In this document: positions 12,015 through 26,203 of the stretch, piece after piece
Numbering within the stretch: position 1 is the first letter of the stretch
Layout of the letters: each line of letters begins with the position of its first letter
Origin: Eledone cirrhosa
Taxonomy: Eukaryota
Assembly: GCA_964016885.1 (NCBI GenBank)
Contig: OZ024743.1
Span: forward strand, 334,056,001-334,120,000
Direction of reading: 5' to 3'
Length of the DNA: 64,000 nucleotides
Translations under genes and position numbers: made by a program
The notes under the pieces: model-generated
Database searches by the model: none
What the model was told of the DNA's origin: nothing
The model's input: the letters and a program-made list of their open reading frames with translations, nothing else

Positions 12015-13280
12015 CACATGGAGCATGCTGGTGATGTTGCCAACCTTTTCATGGTATGGTGGGAAAGGAGACTTAAAGATCTCCTTAATGAGAGCTCCAT
12101 AGACCTCATCATGTACTCTCGTTATGTAGACGATATCAATATAGTTATAAGAACACCCCCACTAGAGAGCACTAACAAGTTTGATTTAGAACGTAGCACG
12201 ATGGAAAGCATCCAGCAGATAGCTAATTCCATACACCAGAGTATAACTGTAACTATCGACTTCCCTTCCAAACACCCTAACAATAGACTACCTGTATTAG
12301 ACACAGAACTCTGGATTAACACTATAGACGAGAGAGCCCAAATTCTCCACTCACACTATGCTAAACCCATGGCCTCCAAATACTTGATACTCAAAAACTC
12401 AGCAATGTCCAGTAGTGCTAAGTTTAATATTCAGATCGCAGATTTGGTACGAGTGATGAAGAATGTGTCCCGCATGTGCGACCCAACAGAAATGGAAAGA
12501 CACATCCAACACTTCATCAACTGCATGCAGTTCTCTGGTTACAACCAAAGAGACAGAGTCAGAGTATACGAAGGAGCCATGGAAAAGTATAAGACCCTCA
12601 TAGAACTGGACATGAAAGGAATTTGCCCATTATACAGGAGCAAATCATGGAATAGCTTAGATAGGGCTAGACGTAAGATAGGGAAAGCCACCTCATGGTA
12701 CGACAACCATAGATACCAGAGTGTCATGTTTGTGGACGCCACCCCTGGAGGGAAATTAGCTAACCAGTGTAGAAAGGCCCCGAGAAAGACCCATTTAAAA
12801 ATAAAGGTGGTAGAAAAGCCAGGAACCACCATAAAATCCCTGATCAGCAAAACCTACCCTTTTAAGAAAACCCACTGTACCAATAGGAAATGTATCATAT
12901 GTAAGGTGAACCCCCGGATAAACTGTAAAACTAGAGACGTAGTCTATAGCATAAGATGTACAGAGGGTACTTGAAGAAACATGACAACAACATACATAGG
13001 TGAGACAGCTCGTAGCATAGGTGAAAGGATAGACCAACACTGGGGGGAACTAAAAGGACGAATAAAAACGGGTCAGTACTATACGAACATGCTAGACAAC
13101 AACATGACGGTAACAAAGACAACATAGAAATTAGAATAATATCTAAACATAGAAATGACCCAGCAGATAGGCAAATCAGAGAGGCCAGTGAAATAGAAAT
13201 TAGAAGACCAAGGCTAAACAGAAAGAATGAATGGAATAACAACAACACCCAAACAAACAACACTGACCTAAGAGAAGTAT
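12015..13280 (+). pseudogene. Penelope-like element of a third clade, 5'-truncated RT plus GIY-YIG
   Basis: YSRYVDD, LPVLD, YAKPM, SVMFVDATP, VVYSIRC; after an in-frame TGA at 12972 reads YIGETARSIGERIDQH; after a frameshift SVLYEH..RQIREA..LNRKNEW. Confidence 0.85.
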
Positions 13281-13919
13281 AAATAAGTAAATAAAATAAA
13301 ATAAATAAATAAATAAATACATACACAAGCACAATAACAACAAACACATAAACACACACTAGTCACCCATCACACAGCAAACAAAACACTATACACACAC
13401 ACGCAAACGCATGCGCAAAGAAGACAAAATAAAATAAACAAAGAAGCAAATAAATAAATAAATATATAGACAGACTGAATAAAAATGGCGTAGACATACA
13501 ATACAACAGGAGGAAGATATAACACCACTGACGATGTTGCAGATGTGCAACGAAAGATTTATGATAAACTATATATATATGTTTGTGTCTATATCGTATC
13601 TGTATTATTTTTGACCATTGGTCAGTCAATGGCAACATTGAGGACTGAGTAAGTTAGATTACCGATATAAAAGACACAGAAGCGAGAAGCGAAAACCAAC
13701 CAAACAGTGAGTGTGTTCTGTTATTAATTCTGGCAATATTACACAAATATGACCCTCCCCAAGTATAACAATATTTGTTTCGACACACGATTTCATATAA
13801 AAAACCTCGCAAAACTAATTCATCGCCGCTATATATAGATAGATATATATAATGAAAATGACAAACACAGATACAAAAACGATTAGTCTTATTAGGTTTA
13901 CGCTTTCGATGAAAAAGAA

Positions 13920-14014
<95 letters not shown>

Positions 14015-14099
14015 AATAAAAATTCACATACCTTTCATCAACCTAGCAGATCTAAATATCTGAAGTTTGATATTATAAGCTCAGTCTGTTTATTCGTAT

Positions 14100-14131
<32 letters not shown>

Positions 14132-14603
14132 CACATATATATATAACAGACATATACCTGAATATCTTCATTCGTTTTACTGTATGTATTCTCGAAATTG
14201 TCAATTCTCTTCAATTATGGATACAATTTAAGCTTCAATAAAGACATACTATAATAATTTTGGCTTCTATGATATAAAAAAAACCTTTCATTTAGCGAAT
14301 AATCTTGAAGAAATAAAATAATAATTACATTTTTATTACTTCTACCTTGCCACACACAAATAAAAATTGATCAGCATCCCTACCACCAATACAACCAATA
14401 CCATCAATACCATTTCCCACACACGACTAACTAACTTTATAAGTAAATAAATCATGAATGTTCTGTGTTTCTGTGATATATCACGATCTTAGAAATGACA
14501 CCAGACACTTGTTAGTATTTCTAATCACACCGTAGAAAATACTATCTAAGCTCTCTATTCTAGTCTTCAATATATAATAACACAGTCGATTGATATTTAT
14601 ATA

Positions 14604-14777
<174 letters not shown>

Positions 14778-14859
14778 CCGAATCTCATTTCTTCCATTGA
14801 AATTATTGCTTTCATTCATAGACGATTTTTATTCAAATATTCTTCTTATTATATATTAT

Positions 14860-15160
14860 AAGTCAAATCCCGCCGTGGTTAACTTTGCCTTTCATCCTTA
14901 CGGGGTCGATAAAATAAAGTACCAGTAATGCACTGGATAACTTCCGGCCTTGTGCCAAAAGTATAAATAATTATTATTATATATTATACCAGTGTGGTGG
15001 ATTGGCAGTATCGGTAGAGTAACATAGAGTTATAGCCCATCACGTTCTGAGTTCAAATCCTTCCGAGGTTAACTTTGCCTTTGATCCTTACGATTTAATC
15101 GACTTTTGCCCCCTCCCCCAAAATTGCTGGCCTTGTGCCTAAATCAGAAACCATTATTAT
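14860..15160 (+). mobile_element. Two tandem tRNA-SINE copies
   Basis: TGGCAGTATCGGTAG A box, GAGTTCAAATCC B box, AACTTTGCCTTTCATCCTTACGGGGTCGATAAAATAAAGTACCAG body, GGCCTTGTGCC tail. Confidence 0.8.
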
Positions 15161-15529
15161 TAGTTATTGTTTTTTTTATGCTTATCTGATTTTTTTTCAT
15201 AATCGACTCTACGTAAACTTTCATCAATTTCGGAGTTTCTCTTCGTAATGTTTTTTTCACTTTTTGTCCTTCTGGCAAATAAAAGAAATTATTATTATTA
15301 TTATTATTATTATTGAATGCCATGGTTGACGGAGGCTCGGCTCTGTAAGGTATTGTAAATTTTGACCGCTATAACAATTGTAAATTGTTTAAAACTTTAA
15401 CCAAATTGTAGACAAAAACACCCTCCTCCTCGTGAGAGGGGCCTTTCTGCCCGTTATTTGGCCCTTCGGGGTTAAATAACCGCTTATTGGGGTTTTGTGC
15501 CCAATATTTATTTTAAACAAAAAAAAAAC

Positions 15530-17127
15530 ATGGCCACGAAAAAGAATTTTCATAGGTCACTCCCACTCATTCCGTCTTCTTCTTCTTCAATCGTCACTAC
15601 AGCAGAGAGAAGATTGTCTCTCTCCCTCCCTTCTCTAAATGTGTCTCTCTCCCTCCCTTCTCTTTCGCAAGCGACGCCAGTCAAGAAAAATCACGTGAAA
15701 ATCATGGAACATTTCTCCACGACGACGACAATGACGAAAAAGGTGTGCGGTAAATACGAAAACCCATTTCATTCGTCTGACGTCATGAATAATAGCAGTA
15801 GCAGCCGTAATAACAGCAGCAGCAGCAACAGTGACAAGAAAAACAACAGTAGCAGTCGAAACAGCATCAGCATCAGCCGAAACAGCATCAGCAGCAGCAT
15901 AAACAACAACAGCATTAGCAGCAACAGCAACAACAACAGCAGCAGCAGGAACAACAACAACAACCACAGCAACAGCGGCGGAGGCACTAGTCGTAGTACC
16001 TGCAGCAACAACAAAAGTAACAGCAGCTCTGACGATAACAACAACAACAGCAGCAAAGAAAAACCAATCTCGTTTGCAGGTATCGCAAAGAACCTGGAAA
16101 CCATCCTCATAACAAATGAGGAATTACAGGAAGCGAAGAAGATGGTGACGAAAACCGGACACCGAGCAATCTGCAAGGCAGCCGAAAATTTTTTCGAAAC
16201 CCAACAGCACTGTACGGTCACGTACCGTACAGTAAGCACAAAATCCCGTAGGGTTGAAAGAGCCACAGAAGCTCAAATACAAAAAGCCTTAGGGTCTGTG
16301 TGGCAGCGGAAAACGCATATCACCCGAGGAAAGAAATATGCCACCGTAGACGTGCTTTTTGTCACACCCCAGGAGCAAAGGCTCAATCTTTAGTGACCCT
16401 AAGAAGCGAGGAAATGGTGTTGGTGCCCTCCTACTGCGGGCAAAAAATTGTGAGGGTCAAACTGACCAACGTCCACCCCGGGATGGCCCCTTCTTGGCTG
16501 GCCGCGTCTGTCCTCGTCGGAATCGAAGACAAAACAACTGTACTGCAAGTACAGAAAAAAGTAAGAGAAGATTGGGTCGGCACCTCCATTGAGATGTTAA
16601 TCCAAACCAACCAGGAGTGCATCAAAGTTATCCCGGATGTGATAGACTTCGATAACGGCACTCAACTGCCCATAAGTGTTGAGGGCAAACGCCCGAAATG
16701 CTTTCGCTGTGGATCGAAGACTCACCTCAGGGCCTTCTGCAACGAGAAGACCCTGAGAAAGGAGAAAACCCCCCTCCTTCCGAAACCGGCTCCACGGCTA
16801 CCAGCAACAGGACAAGCGGCAACCAGGAACGATAGGTCCGTGGCACCCATACCCACGCCACGGAAATCAAGAACAGCAGCAGCTGCAGTGGAAGTATTAA
16901 CAACAACAACAACAGTAATACCAAATGCAGCTACAACAGAGACTCCACTGCAAACATCACCAACAACAACAAGTGAAAGAGTGGAGCTGGTACCCCTCCC
17001 CGACCTCACAGAATCAGACATGGAGTGTGAGGTGGGAGAGGGATGGCAAAAGGTCGTAAGAAGGCACAAACGCAGAAGCAGCGCATCGTCGCCTTCGAAA
17101 AGGGAGAAAGAAATGAAAAAAGGGTAA
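15530..17127 (+). pseudogene. Tx1 ORF1 (gag-like, CCHC zinc knuckle)
   Basis: CFRCGSKTHLRAFC knuckle; Ser/Asn low-complexity N-terminus; frameshift near 16370. Confidence 0.75.
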
Positions 17128-17725
17128 AGGCTACTGCAAAGAGACTCACAGCAGCAACACCACCAACACCATCACCATCCACAATAGCACCACCATCACC
17201 ACCGGCGACAACCCCACCGCCAAGAACAACAACACCTTCAACACCACCACCACAAGCACCAACATCGCAAACACAACAACAAAACACACACACCCAGCAA
17301 CAACGACAAGAAAATAGCAGAACCACACCCCACCCCCAGAAAAACAAATGCACGGCAATAAATACACACAACAAGAAACTAATGACTTACATAATTGAAC
17401 ACACAGACATTTCACAGCACGACTACATAATACCAGCACCAATCAAAACACCAACGAACATAAGACTGGGAAAAATAGCATAGAAACAATACACAAACAA
17501 TAAAACGAAATTCCCCAACGCAGTTGGTGATTTCAGAGACCTAGGAGGGACTCTCAACCGGAGAGTATATTCGGACATACTCATAGAAGAGCGGACGACC
17601 AGCCGAAGGGACGATTCAACGGTCCCTTAACCAGACGATCAAGTGAAAAGAGATGGAGAAACCATCCTTCCTCTACGAAAAGTACGGTAAGTGGTCTTTC
17701 CCATCTTTTCCACTCCATTTTAAAC

Positions 17726-20700
17726 ATGACCTCACTCAGAATAGGCAGCATAAATGCGCGTGGCTTGGGGTCGTCATGGAAGCAGGGCATCTGCTCAACG
17801 ACCTCAGGTCACTAAACATAGATGTAGTGGCCATCAGCGAGACCAGAATATCCGAAGCACGGGCTTTCGCACCGATCTTCGGCGGCTACAATGTGTACGC
17901 ATCTCCCAGCCGTCCTAGATCGGGGGGAGGGGTTGTTGTGCTTTTTCGGAGAGGTTTGGATCTCGCCATACGGGCCATCTTCCTGGAACCAGAGGGTAAG
18001 TTGGTGGTGCTGGACGTGACCAGCGGAGACGGGCAAGCTTTCAGGCTAGTGGCCGTCTATGCCCCGAGAGGAGCAGGGCGGCCTGATTTCTTCCGGCGTC
18101 TGGAGACCTTTCTTGGAACGTCCCGCTCTTTAGTGTTAGTGGGCGACTGGAACGGGATCTTAGATGCACGCTGTGACTGTGTGGGATTGGCGGATAGGGG
18201 TGGAGGGTGCAAGAGCCTTACCAACCTGCTCAGGCGTTTTGAACTGTCTGACAGGTACCGATTGGATTTCCCGAATGTGCCAATGTGGACTTGGACAAAT
18301 CGTATAGGATCATCCAGATCATATCTAGATAGAGTATTTTGTAGAGAAAGATAGGTCTAGCATAGGCTGTCCACAATTCAAGATAGTCAGCTACACGGAC
18401 CACAAATTCGTGATATGTGTGCTTGACTTAGATAGGCTTCATAGACGAGGACCCGGCTACTGGAAGCTAAACGCGTCCTTACCAGCGCGCAAGGCCTACA
18501 GAGACCGGATTAGCGAACTAGTTAAGCGGGCGTTGACGGGGGCCATCGTCAGCAACAAGTGGTGGTTTGCTCTGAAAAGAGCGATTAGAATATAATCCAT
18601 TAGGTTTAGTAAGGCTTTAGCAATAGAGAAAAATAGAGCAGAGGGAGAACTAGTTAGAAAATTAGACGAGGCGCTTAGCAAAGGCATCGCGACCGACGTG
18701 CTTGCGGCGAAATTGGCCCTTGACCAATTCTTCAATGCAAAGCACGAAGGCTGCATTGTCAGAGCTAGGGTGCGTGCTCTCAGACACGAGGGGACGAAAG
18801 CCGTTCAATGGGCCCGAGTGGCGGAGGCGCGTCGTGGCAACAAAGCCACGATCCGGTCTTTGGTGGACCACGGCGGGCGCATGCTACTCGATCCTGGGCA
18901 AATGTGTGAAGCTTTTCAGCGACACTTCGCTCAGCTGTTCGGGGGCAGTGGTGGGTAGGGTCGAGGGATGGACTTTAGTGTCTACCTCGACGGACTGCCG
19001 CGGCTCTCGGCCACTGAGGCGGAGTGTTGCGCAAAGCCGATAACAGCCGCTGACGTACGGGAGGCAATGACTGGCTGCACAAGGGGTAAATCGCCTGGTT
19101 TGGATGGTCTGCCCTATGAACTTTACGTACAGATGTCAGACTTGTTCGGAGGCCTCTTGGCGGATGTCTACTGCAACTGGCAACAGAACGGGAGAATTCC
19201 CAGCTCTGTGAGCCGAGGAGCGGTTGAACTGCTGAGAAAGGATCCGAACAAGGGGGATAACATAGATAATTTCAGGCCCATAACTCTGCTAAACACAGAG
19301 TTCAAGATTTTGGCCAAGGTGCTAGCAAAGAGGTTGGCGCTTGTCGTTGGTGGTCTGGTGGGAGAGGCGCAGACATGCACCATTCCCGACAGATCCATCC
19401 ACGACAACCTCCACCTCATGCGATACATCGTAGAGAGGGTAGCTAGGGAACCTGGCACGGGTGGGTCTTTGATCAATTTAGATCAGTCGAAAGCTTTCGA
19501 TAGTGTCAACCATCGTTACCTAGCGGCAGTCCTGAGGGCGGCTGGCTTTGGGCCCGTCTTCAGAGGCTGGATCGCTGCCATGCACAGCGACATCTGCTCT
19601 GTGGTGAGAGTGAACGGTTACCTTTCGGAACCGTTCAACATCATGCGATAGGTCCGCCAAGGATGTCCCCTCTCGTCCCTCTTGTACGTATTAACTCTCG
19701 AGCCATTACTGCACAAACTGGAGACGTTGAGGGGCGTCCCGCGCGAACTAGGATGCGGAAGATCCGTGTCAGCATATGCGGACGATGTCACCGTAGTGGT
19801 GTCGAACGCCAAACACATCGAGGCGATCGGCACTACACTAAGAGAATACGAAGCGGTGACAGGAGAAATGATCACCAGGAAAAGTCAGTGGGCCTGCAGC
19901 TCAGACGCTGGACGGACGGACTGGTTAAATTGCTAGGGGTCTGGTTACGGTCCGGACTTCCAGACGGACAAAAACTGGGACGAGGTGACGAGCAGGGTGG
20001 CTTCTCTCACCCAGAAATGGGCGGAGAGGAAGCTATCCTTGAAAGGTCGAGCGGAGGTGGCTAACGCGTACATCGCGTCTGTCATCTGCTACCGCCTGAC
20101 CGTCGTACCTTGTCCTAAGCCCCGCCTGACTGCGCTGGAGCGTTTGCTCTTTCGCTTTTTGTGGAAGGGACGCGCTCCGATGGTCAGGCGGTCCATCTGC
20201 TGTCAACACCCGCTACGTAGAGGGCTGGGCATGCCGTGGCTGATGATGCGCAGACACGCGCTCAGGCTACACCTCTCCACCTGTTCTTCAACGGTGATCA
20301 GGTGTGGTCGCTGTTTGCTATACACCTATTTCCCCAGCTCGTTTCCTTGACGGAGTTGCAGTCCTGGGTCAAGCGAAGACCGAGAGGGAGCGCCTGGAGA
20401 CTGGAATACCTTCAGGCGCTCACAGCACTCGACCAATCGGGCAATGTGACCGGTAGAAACTCCACCTCGGCGTTCTATAGAGGATTAGTGGAGGGAAAGA
20501 GCGACCACGTACATGGGGAAACTCTAGGCGTCGACGAAAATCAACTTCGGAAGAACTTTCGGGCCGGGACCTATGGACAACTTCCAGAAATCTCTGGCCT
20601 CGCAGTGCTACCGAGGAGCCTTGCCAGTTCGGGATAAACTCTACAGGCATGGAGGTCCCGTCAGCCGGGCATGTCCGAGATGCGCGCAGGGCGTCGAAAC

Positions 20701-21088
20701 CGTCCTGCACGCACTCGTCCAGTGTCCGAAAATTGCTGACTTGTGGGTTTATGTCGAACACCTGCTGTCGCGTTTAGGACGGATCCGGCTATCATCTGAG
20801 TCCATCGTGAGGATTGCCCCGCCCTTCTCCTTTAGCCGGGAAGGGCAGGCAGTTTTTATCTGTCTGGTGGCCATGGCGAAAGAGATAGTATGGTGGACAC
20901 GTTTGAAAGGGCTGAAGACGAGCACTTACCTCTTCGGTGATGCTCTGATTGACTTTTTCAAATTTCATTTGAAAAGTAAAATCAGAGTAGAGAGGGAAGT
21001 GCTCTCTTCCCAGCATTTTGTTTAAAGATGGGTGAGAGAAGCAAGAATGGCCCGAGTGAATGGGCCTACTCTGAGTATATATCTGTAA
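17726..21088 (+). pseudogene. Tx1 ORF2 (APE endonuclease, RT, C-terminal Cys motif)
   Basis: IGSINARGL, SET, VGDWN, SYLDR, YTDHK, GPGYWKLN, KSPGLDG, DQSKAFD, QGCPLS, AYADD, CPRC..ETVLHAL.C; several stops and frameshifts. Confidence 0.92.
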
Positions 21089-21330
21089 ATTAAAGGTGGA
21101 AAACTGGGAGAGGGCACTTGCCTTGGTGGTCAGGGTCATTGTGGCCTTTTACTGGGCTTTCTCCACAAATGTCCCTCCGAAGTCTCCCCCCTATTGGGGA
21201 ATTTTTCTTTGTTATTTTATTTCAACCTCCGTTTTTTTACACGCAGAAATGCCCATTTGTACCGTCCTGTATTGTCCTGTACTGTCCTTAATGTCTACTT
21301 TATGTAAACCCTTGTGGTTAATAAAGAAAA

Positions 21331-21422
<92 letters not shown>

Positions 21423-21769
21423 TTGCTTTTGTTAACGTCTACAACAAATGTTGAGTATTGAACAAATGGATGAAAAATAATAATGAATGAGTGAACACTA
21501 AGGATATTCTATAATAAATCTTACGTCTAGTAGTTGGTTATATATTTTGTTTGCATTGTAAGGCTGCAGATATCTTTGTCGGTTTGTTTGCACGTTTGAC
21601 AATAAATATCTACATTATTTTATCTGGAAACAATTTGTATAGAAATACACAGTAAAATACATAATACGATTCAATATAATAAAAAAAAAATATAAATGGA
21701 GGATCCTTCGTCAATTTCAATGATGACTATTCTAGATATTCGATCAATTGATATACCCATACATTTAGT

Positions 21770-22440
21770 GTAACTAGCGGAGTACTCTAAATGCATTCAC
21801 ACCCTTGGTCAAAAACACCAGGGGTCTCGACGGCGACCAGCACGTAAAGGAAGCATTCAATAAAATACTAGTATTCGGATATCCTAGTAATCGAACTGGC
21901 CAAGATCAATATATCTCAGGATTTTAACCGACTCTAGTACTACTCTGGGACCCAGACCCACGAGGTGGTATAGCTTTTTAAATACATCTTCATATCTATC
22001 GTCAGGGGTAACACTTTGTGTGTTCTGGAACGACGAGGCAGAATACGCCTAGAACTTCTGTATGTTAGGGAGACAGGGCGGGCATGACAACCTTTCATTT
22101 GCTGGTTCGTGCTGTTATTGTTGGCCACTACATAAAAAACCCAATTTGGTCACGAAAGGCCATGAAATTTTCACCTAGACGGTTCCCTTCCGAACACAAG
22201 CCCGGGCAAGGCGTTTTGTGAAAAACCAACATACACCCATGTTGTCCATGAAGAAGGTCAAGGCCGATACAGCTTGGCACCAGTGACGTCACAAATTATT
22301 TCTACAGCTGAGTGAACTGGAGCTACGTGAAATAAAGTGTCTTGCTCAAGGACACAGCACATTATCCGGTCCGAGAATCGAACTAACAACCTCACGATTG
22401 CGAGTTCAACTCTCTAACCATTAACCTACGGGCCTCCACA
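21770..22440 (-). mobile_element. Long tRNA-headed SINE
   Basis: Minus strand GGTTAATGGTTAGAG, AGTTCGATTCTC, GTGTCCTTGAGCAAGACACTTTA core; 3' extent uncertain. Confidence 0.6.
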
Positions 22441-22722
22441 TACTATCATACACATACTATCGCACAGCCGCTACATACACACATACTATTATACAGCCAC
22501 TACACATACACATACTATCATACAGCCACACACACATACTATCATACAACTACATACATACATACTATCATACAGCCACACACACATACTATCATACAAC
22601 TACATACATACATACTATCATACAGCCACACACACATACTATAATACAACTAGATACATACTATCATACAGCCACACACACATACTATAATACAACTAGA
22701 TACATACTATCATACAGCTACA
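22441..22722. repeat. Minisatellite of CATACTATCATACA(GCC/ACT)ACA units
   Basis: About 11 diverged 22-28 bp units visible. Confidence 0.85.
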
Positions 22723-22728
22723 TAACCC

Positions 22729-22820
<92 letters not shown>

Positions 22821-22823
<3 letters not shown>

Positions 22824-22963
22824 TCAATTATGCCGGGGTGAATCGGAAATAACCACAGTAAGTAACGTACTCAATACATAGCAGAGTATAAAAGTTTTAA
22901 TATAGATGAGATTCTACAGGACTAGAACTGTTTCATTCTTGAGAAATCATCAGGAATCACTAT
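22821..22963 (-). mobile_element. Solo pLTR 3' end with canonical HHR (22910-22958)
   Basis: Reverse complement reads GATTC-CTGATGA-TTTCTCAAGAAT-GAAA-CAG..CTG-T-A-GAATC, then CTC..TTGAGTAC; (TA)n on both sides. Confidence 0.82.
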
Positions 22964-22977
22964 TATATATATGTATG

Positions 22978-23158
<181 letters not shown>

Positions 23159-23171
23159 GTATATATATACA

Positions 23172-23249
<78 letters not shown>

Positions 23250-23275
23250 CATATATGTATATATATATATATATG

Positions 23276-23308
<33 letters not shown>

Positions 23309-23311
<3 letters not shown>

Positions 23312-23651
23312 TTTCTTGGTGAGGAGGGTGACTTTGGACATCCTGCAGGACTAAAAACAAAACCTGTCAAAGGGCAAAGGAGCTCTTAAGAGTCAATAGC
23401 CATCCAAAATCACCGAGAGAGATGACGCTTTAGCCTTTGTCAAGGCAGAATTCTAGGAGAAGGAAAACTCTGATATAACATATTCAACCCTGATGGTATC
23501 CAATGATGTTGACTTGTTCTTTTTGGTAAATATCATCGTGGTTAAGAGAGTGGGACTGGCTTTGTGCAGTGTCTTTGCTCACTATAAAAGCTTCACGGCA
23601 CAGGCATTGCTTTATATCTGGGTCGGCGGGATTTCAATATCCAGTGCTGCA

Positions 23652-23654
<3 letters not shown>
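23309..23654 (+). mobile_element. Short non-coding element resembling RTE-LINE 5' UTRs
   Basis: CTAGGAGAAGGAAAACTCTGA motif; homologous to 55905-56120 (GATGTTGA, GAGAGTGGGAYTGGCT, GCAYAGGCATTGC). Confidence 0.5.
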
Positions 23655-23740
<86 letters not shown>

Positions 23741-23789
23741 ATATATATATATAGGGTAGCCTCGGGCATTATATATATATATATATATA

Positions 23790-26130
23790 TAAAACGCCCG
23801 AGGCTACCCTGGAGGATATCAACATCAAGGCTTATGAAATCGTATCTGGTCTTGGTATAGATGATAGGACGGCCCCATACCAACCAAGGGAGCCGAGGAT
23901 TACCATTAAGGACCACAAACCAAACTTCGAGTCTAACCTGCCGGTCAGACTGATAGCCCCCTTCCGGTCAGACATGGGGGTTATTAGCAAAATCATTTTA
24001 GATAGGATCCTGCCCACACTTAAGAGTAAAATAAGGTCACAACTCTGGTCCTGCACCAGCCAGGTGCTGGACTGGTTTACATTTTTACCTGACAAACATA
24101 GGACTAGCTTCATACAACTACACATCAACAATTACTACTCCTCTATCTCGCCCATAGTCCTGAACAAGGCACTCATATTCGAGATGAATAGGACAGACCT
24201 AACACGCGACGAGGTCCGAATCATACACGCTGCCAGAAAGACCCTGATCCCATTCAGTGGGGAAATATGGACCCGGAACGACTGGTCAAATAATTTTGAC
24301 ATTACAATGGGCTCTAGTGACTCCGCGCAGCTAACGGACTTGATTGGGATATACATACTCTACGAGATCAGGAGAGAAATACCCAACCTGGGTGGCGGGC
24401 TGTACCGAGACGACGCACTCTTCACCGTAGTGGACCACAGCACCACAATGGTCGAAAATATGAAGAGGAGAATTAGGCACTTCTTTAGCAAGGTAGGACT
24501 TAAAGTAGAGATGGAACCCAATAGAAAAGTAGTGAATTTCCTGGACACCACCCTCAACTTCAACACCAAACTACACCACCCATATCATAAAGCCAATGAG
24601 AAACTGGTGTATATCAACACTGGGTCCAATCACCCTCGATCTATAGTTAAGGCCGTAATTAAGAGTGTCTCTGACAGGATATCTAACTTGTCGGCCAATA
24701 AAGAGATCTTCAATAGTAAGGCTGATTACTATAACTCAGCGCTAGCCAAGGCGTCCCACAGCCATAGGATCAGCTACAACCCTAAGGGACATGATCGAGA
24801 TGCCCAAGGGTACCCCGGACCAATACCCTCAGGGGCATGAGTCGCCCACCTAATACCTCGGTGACCAGTAGTAACATTCCCAGACCCCTATCCGTCACCA
24901 CCTTCGGTAGAAGGTCCCGCAAACCCCACCGGTCTAATACCTACAACGCTGAAGACCACTGTGCTGCGGAGCATAGGCACCTCTGCACCGGCACCACCAC
25001 CCGCCGAACCCTAATTGAGTAGGTTTATAGCCCCACGGTGGGCCCATATAACTCTCATGGTAGTGACCGCTCCGCACACCTGAGTGACACCAACCGAGCT
25101 CGACCTGGGCTGTGCACAACCACGCGATGGACCACGGCGGACATCCAACAAGCCCGCAAGAATAGGACCAGGAAGGTCACATGGTATAACCCTCCGTACT
25201 CGGTGGGTCTACGTACCAGCCTGGCTAGAACATTCTTTAGAGTACTGGATAAATGTTTCCCTAGGGCACACAAGTACCATAAAATGTTCAACAGGCACAC
25301 GGTGAAACTTTCCTACTCAACCACACACTCCGTAGCCCAGCACATAGCTGGCATAAATAGGAATAGGCTAACTGCCTCTAATACCACCGTAAACCTCGGA
25401 GCCACCCAACAGAACCAGCACGCGGGACGCACCGGAACCCGGACAGGCCCAACTAGCACACCGGAACCCAACGACCCTGTGCTGATTGCGGAGGCTACCC
25501 AGCAAACCCCGAGTGATGGTAACCACGCGGTACATGTGGTGGGACTTAAGAAGTCATGTAATTGCAGAGACCCATTACTATGCCCCCTTAGTAATGAATG
25601 CATGACGAAAAACGTAATCTACAGGTGCAAGGTCACAACCCCTAACTCGGAGCACCACTACATAGGATTCACAGCGACGAGCGTCAAAGATCGGTGGTAT
25701 AACCATCGCCATTCCTTTAACAGAATAGATAAGAGGAAATGTACGGCCCTTTCTGAATTGATCTGGAAGCTCAAACTTGAAAAGACCCCGCACTCTCTGG
25801 TCTGGTCCGTGGTTAGAAAGGTTCCCCCAGACAGAGGCGGGTCGGGTATTTGCAACCTTTGTCTTGGTGAGACACTCGAGATTCTTCATGGCGGAACCAA
25901 GCTATTAGACAGAAGGACCGACTTATTCGGTGCCTGCAGACACCTAAGGACGGGAACTTTCCTCAAGCTATATGGATAAACCCCGGTTAAGGCCCCCCAC
26001 AACTCCCCCACCCTGTAGGTCCCCTACACCAATGGACAACAACCACCCATAGTTTGTGGTCCCTATGGTGGATGGTCCACCGGATCCTCTACTGGCTAGG
26101 AGTCATCTAAACCACGTTTTATTGAACCTG

Positions 26131-26203
<73 letters not shown>

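Larger units (their letters stand above)
15315..21331 (+). mobile_element. Full-length degenerate L1/Tx1-clade LINE inserted in (TTA)n
   Basis: ORF1 plus APE-RT-CCHC ORF2; AATAAA at ~21320 followed by a long (TTA)n; (TTA)n also immediately upstream. Confidence 0.9.

Noticed and set aside
15635-16266. Hydrophobic antisense ORFs suggesting membrane proteins
   Set aside because: They are the reverse complement of AGC/AAC repeats within Tx1 ORF1.
22441-22722. Regularly repeated CATACTATCATACA units resembling a CRISPR array
   Set aside because: Intervening sequences are short and repetitive rather than unique spacers; eukaryotic context and no cas genes.
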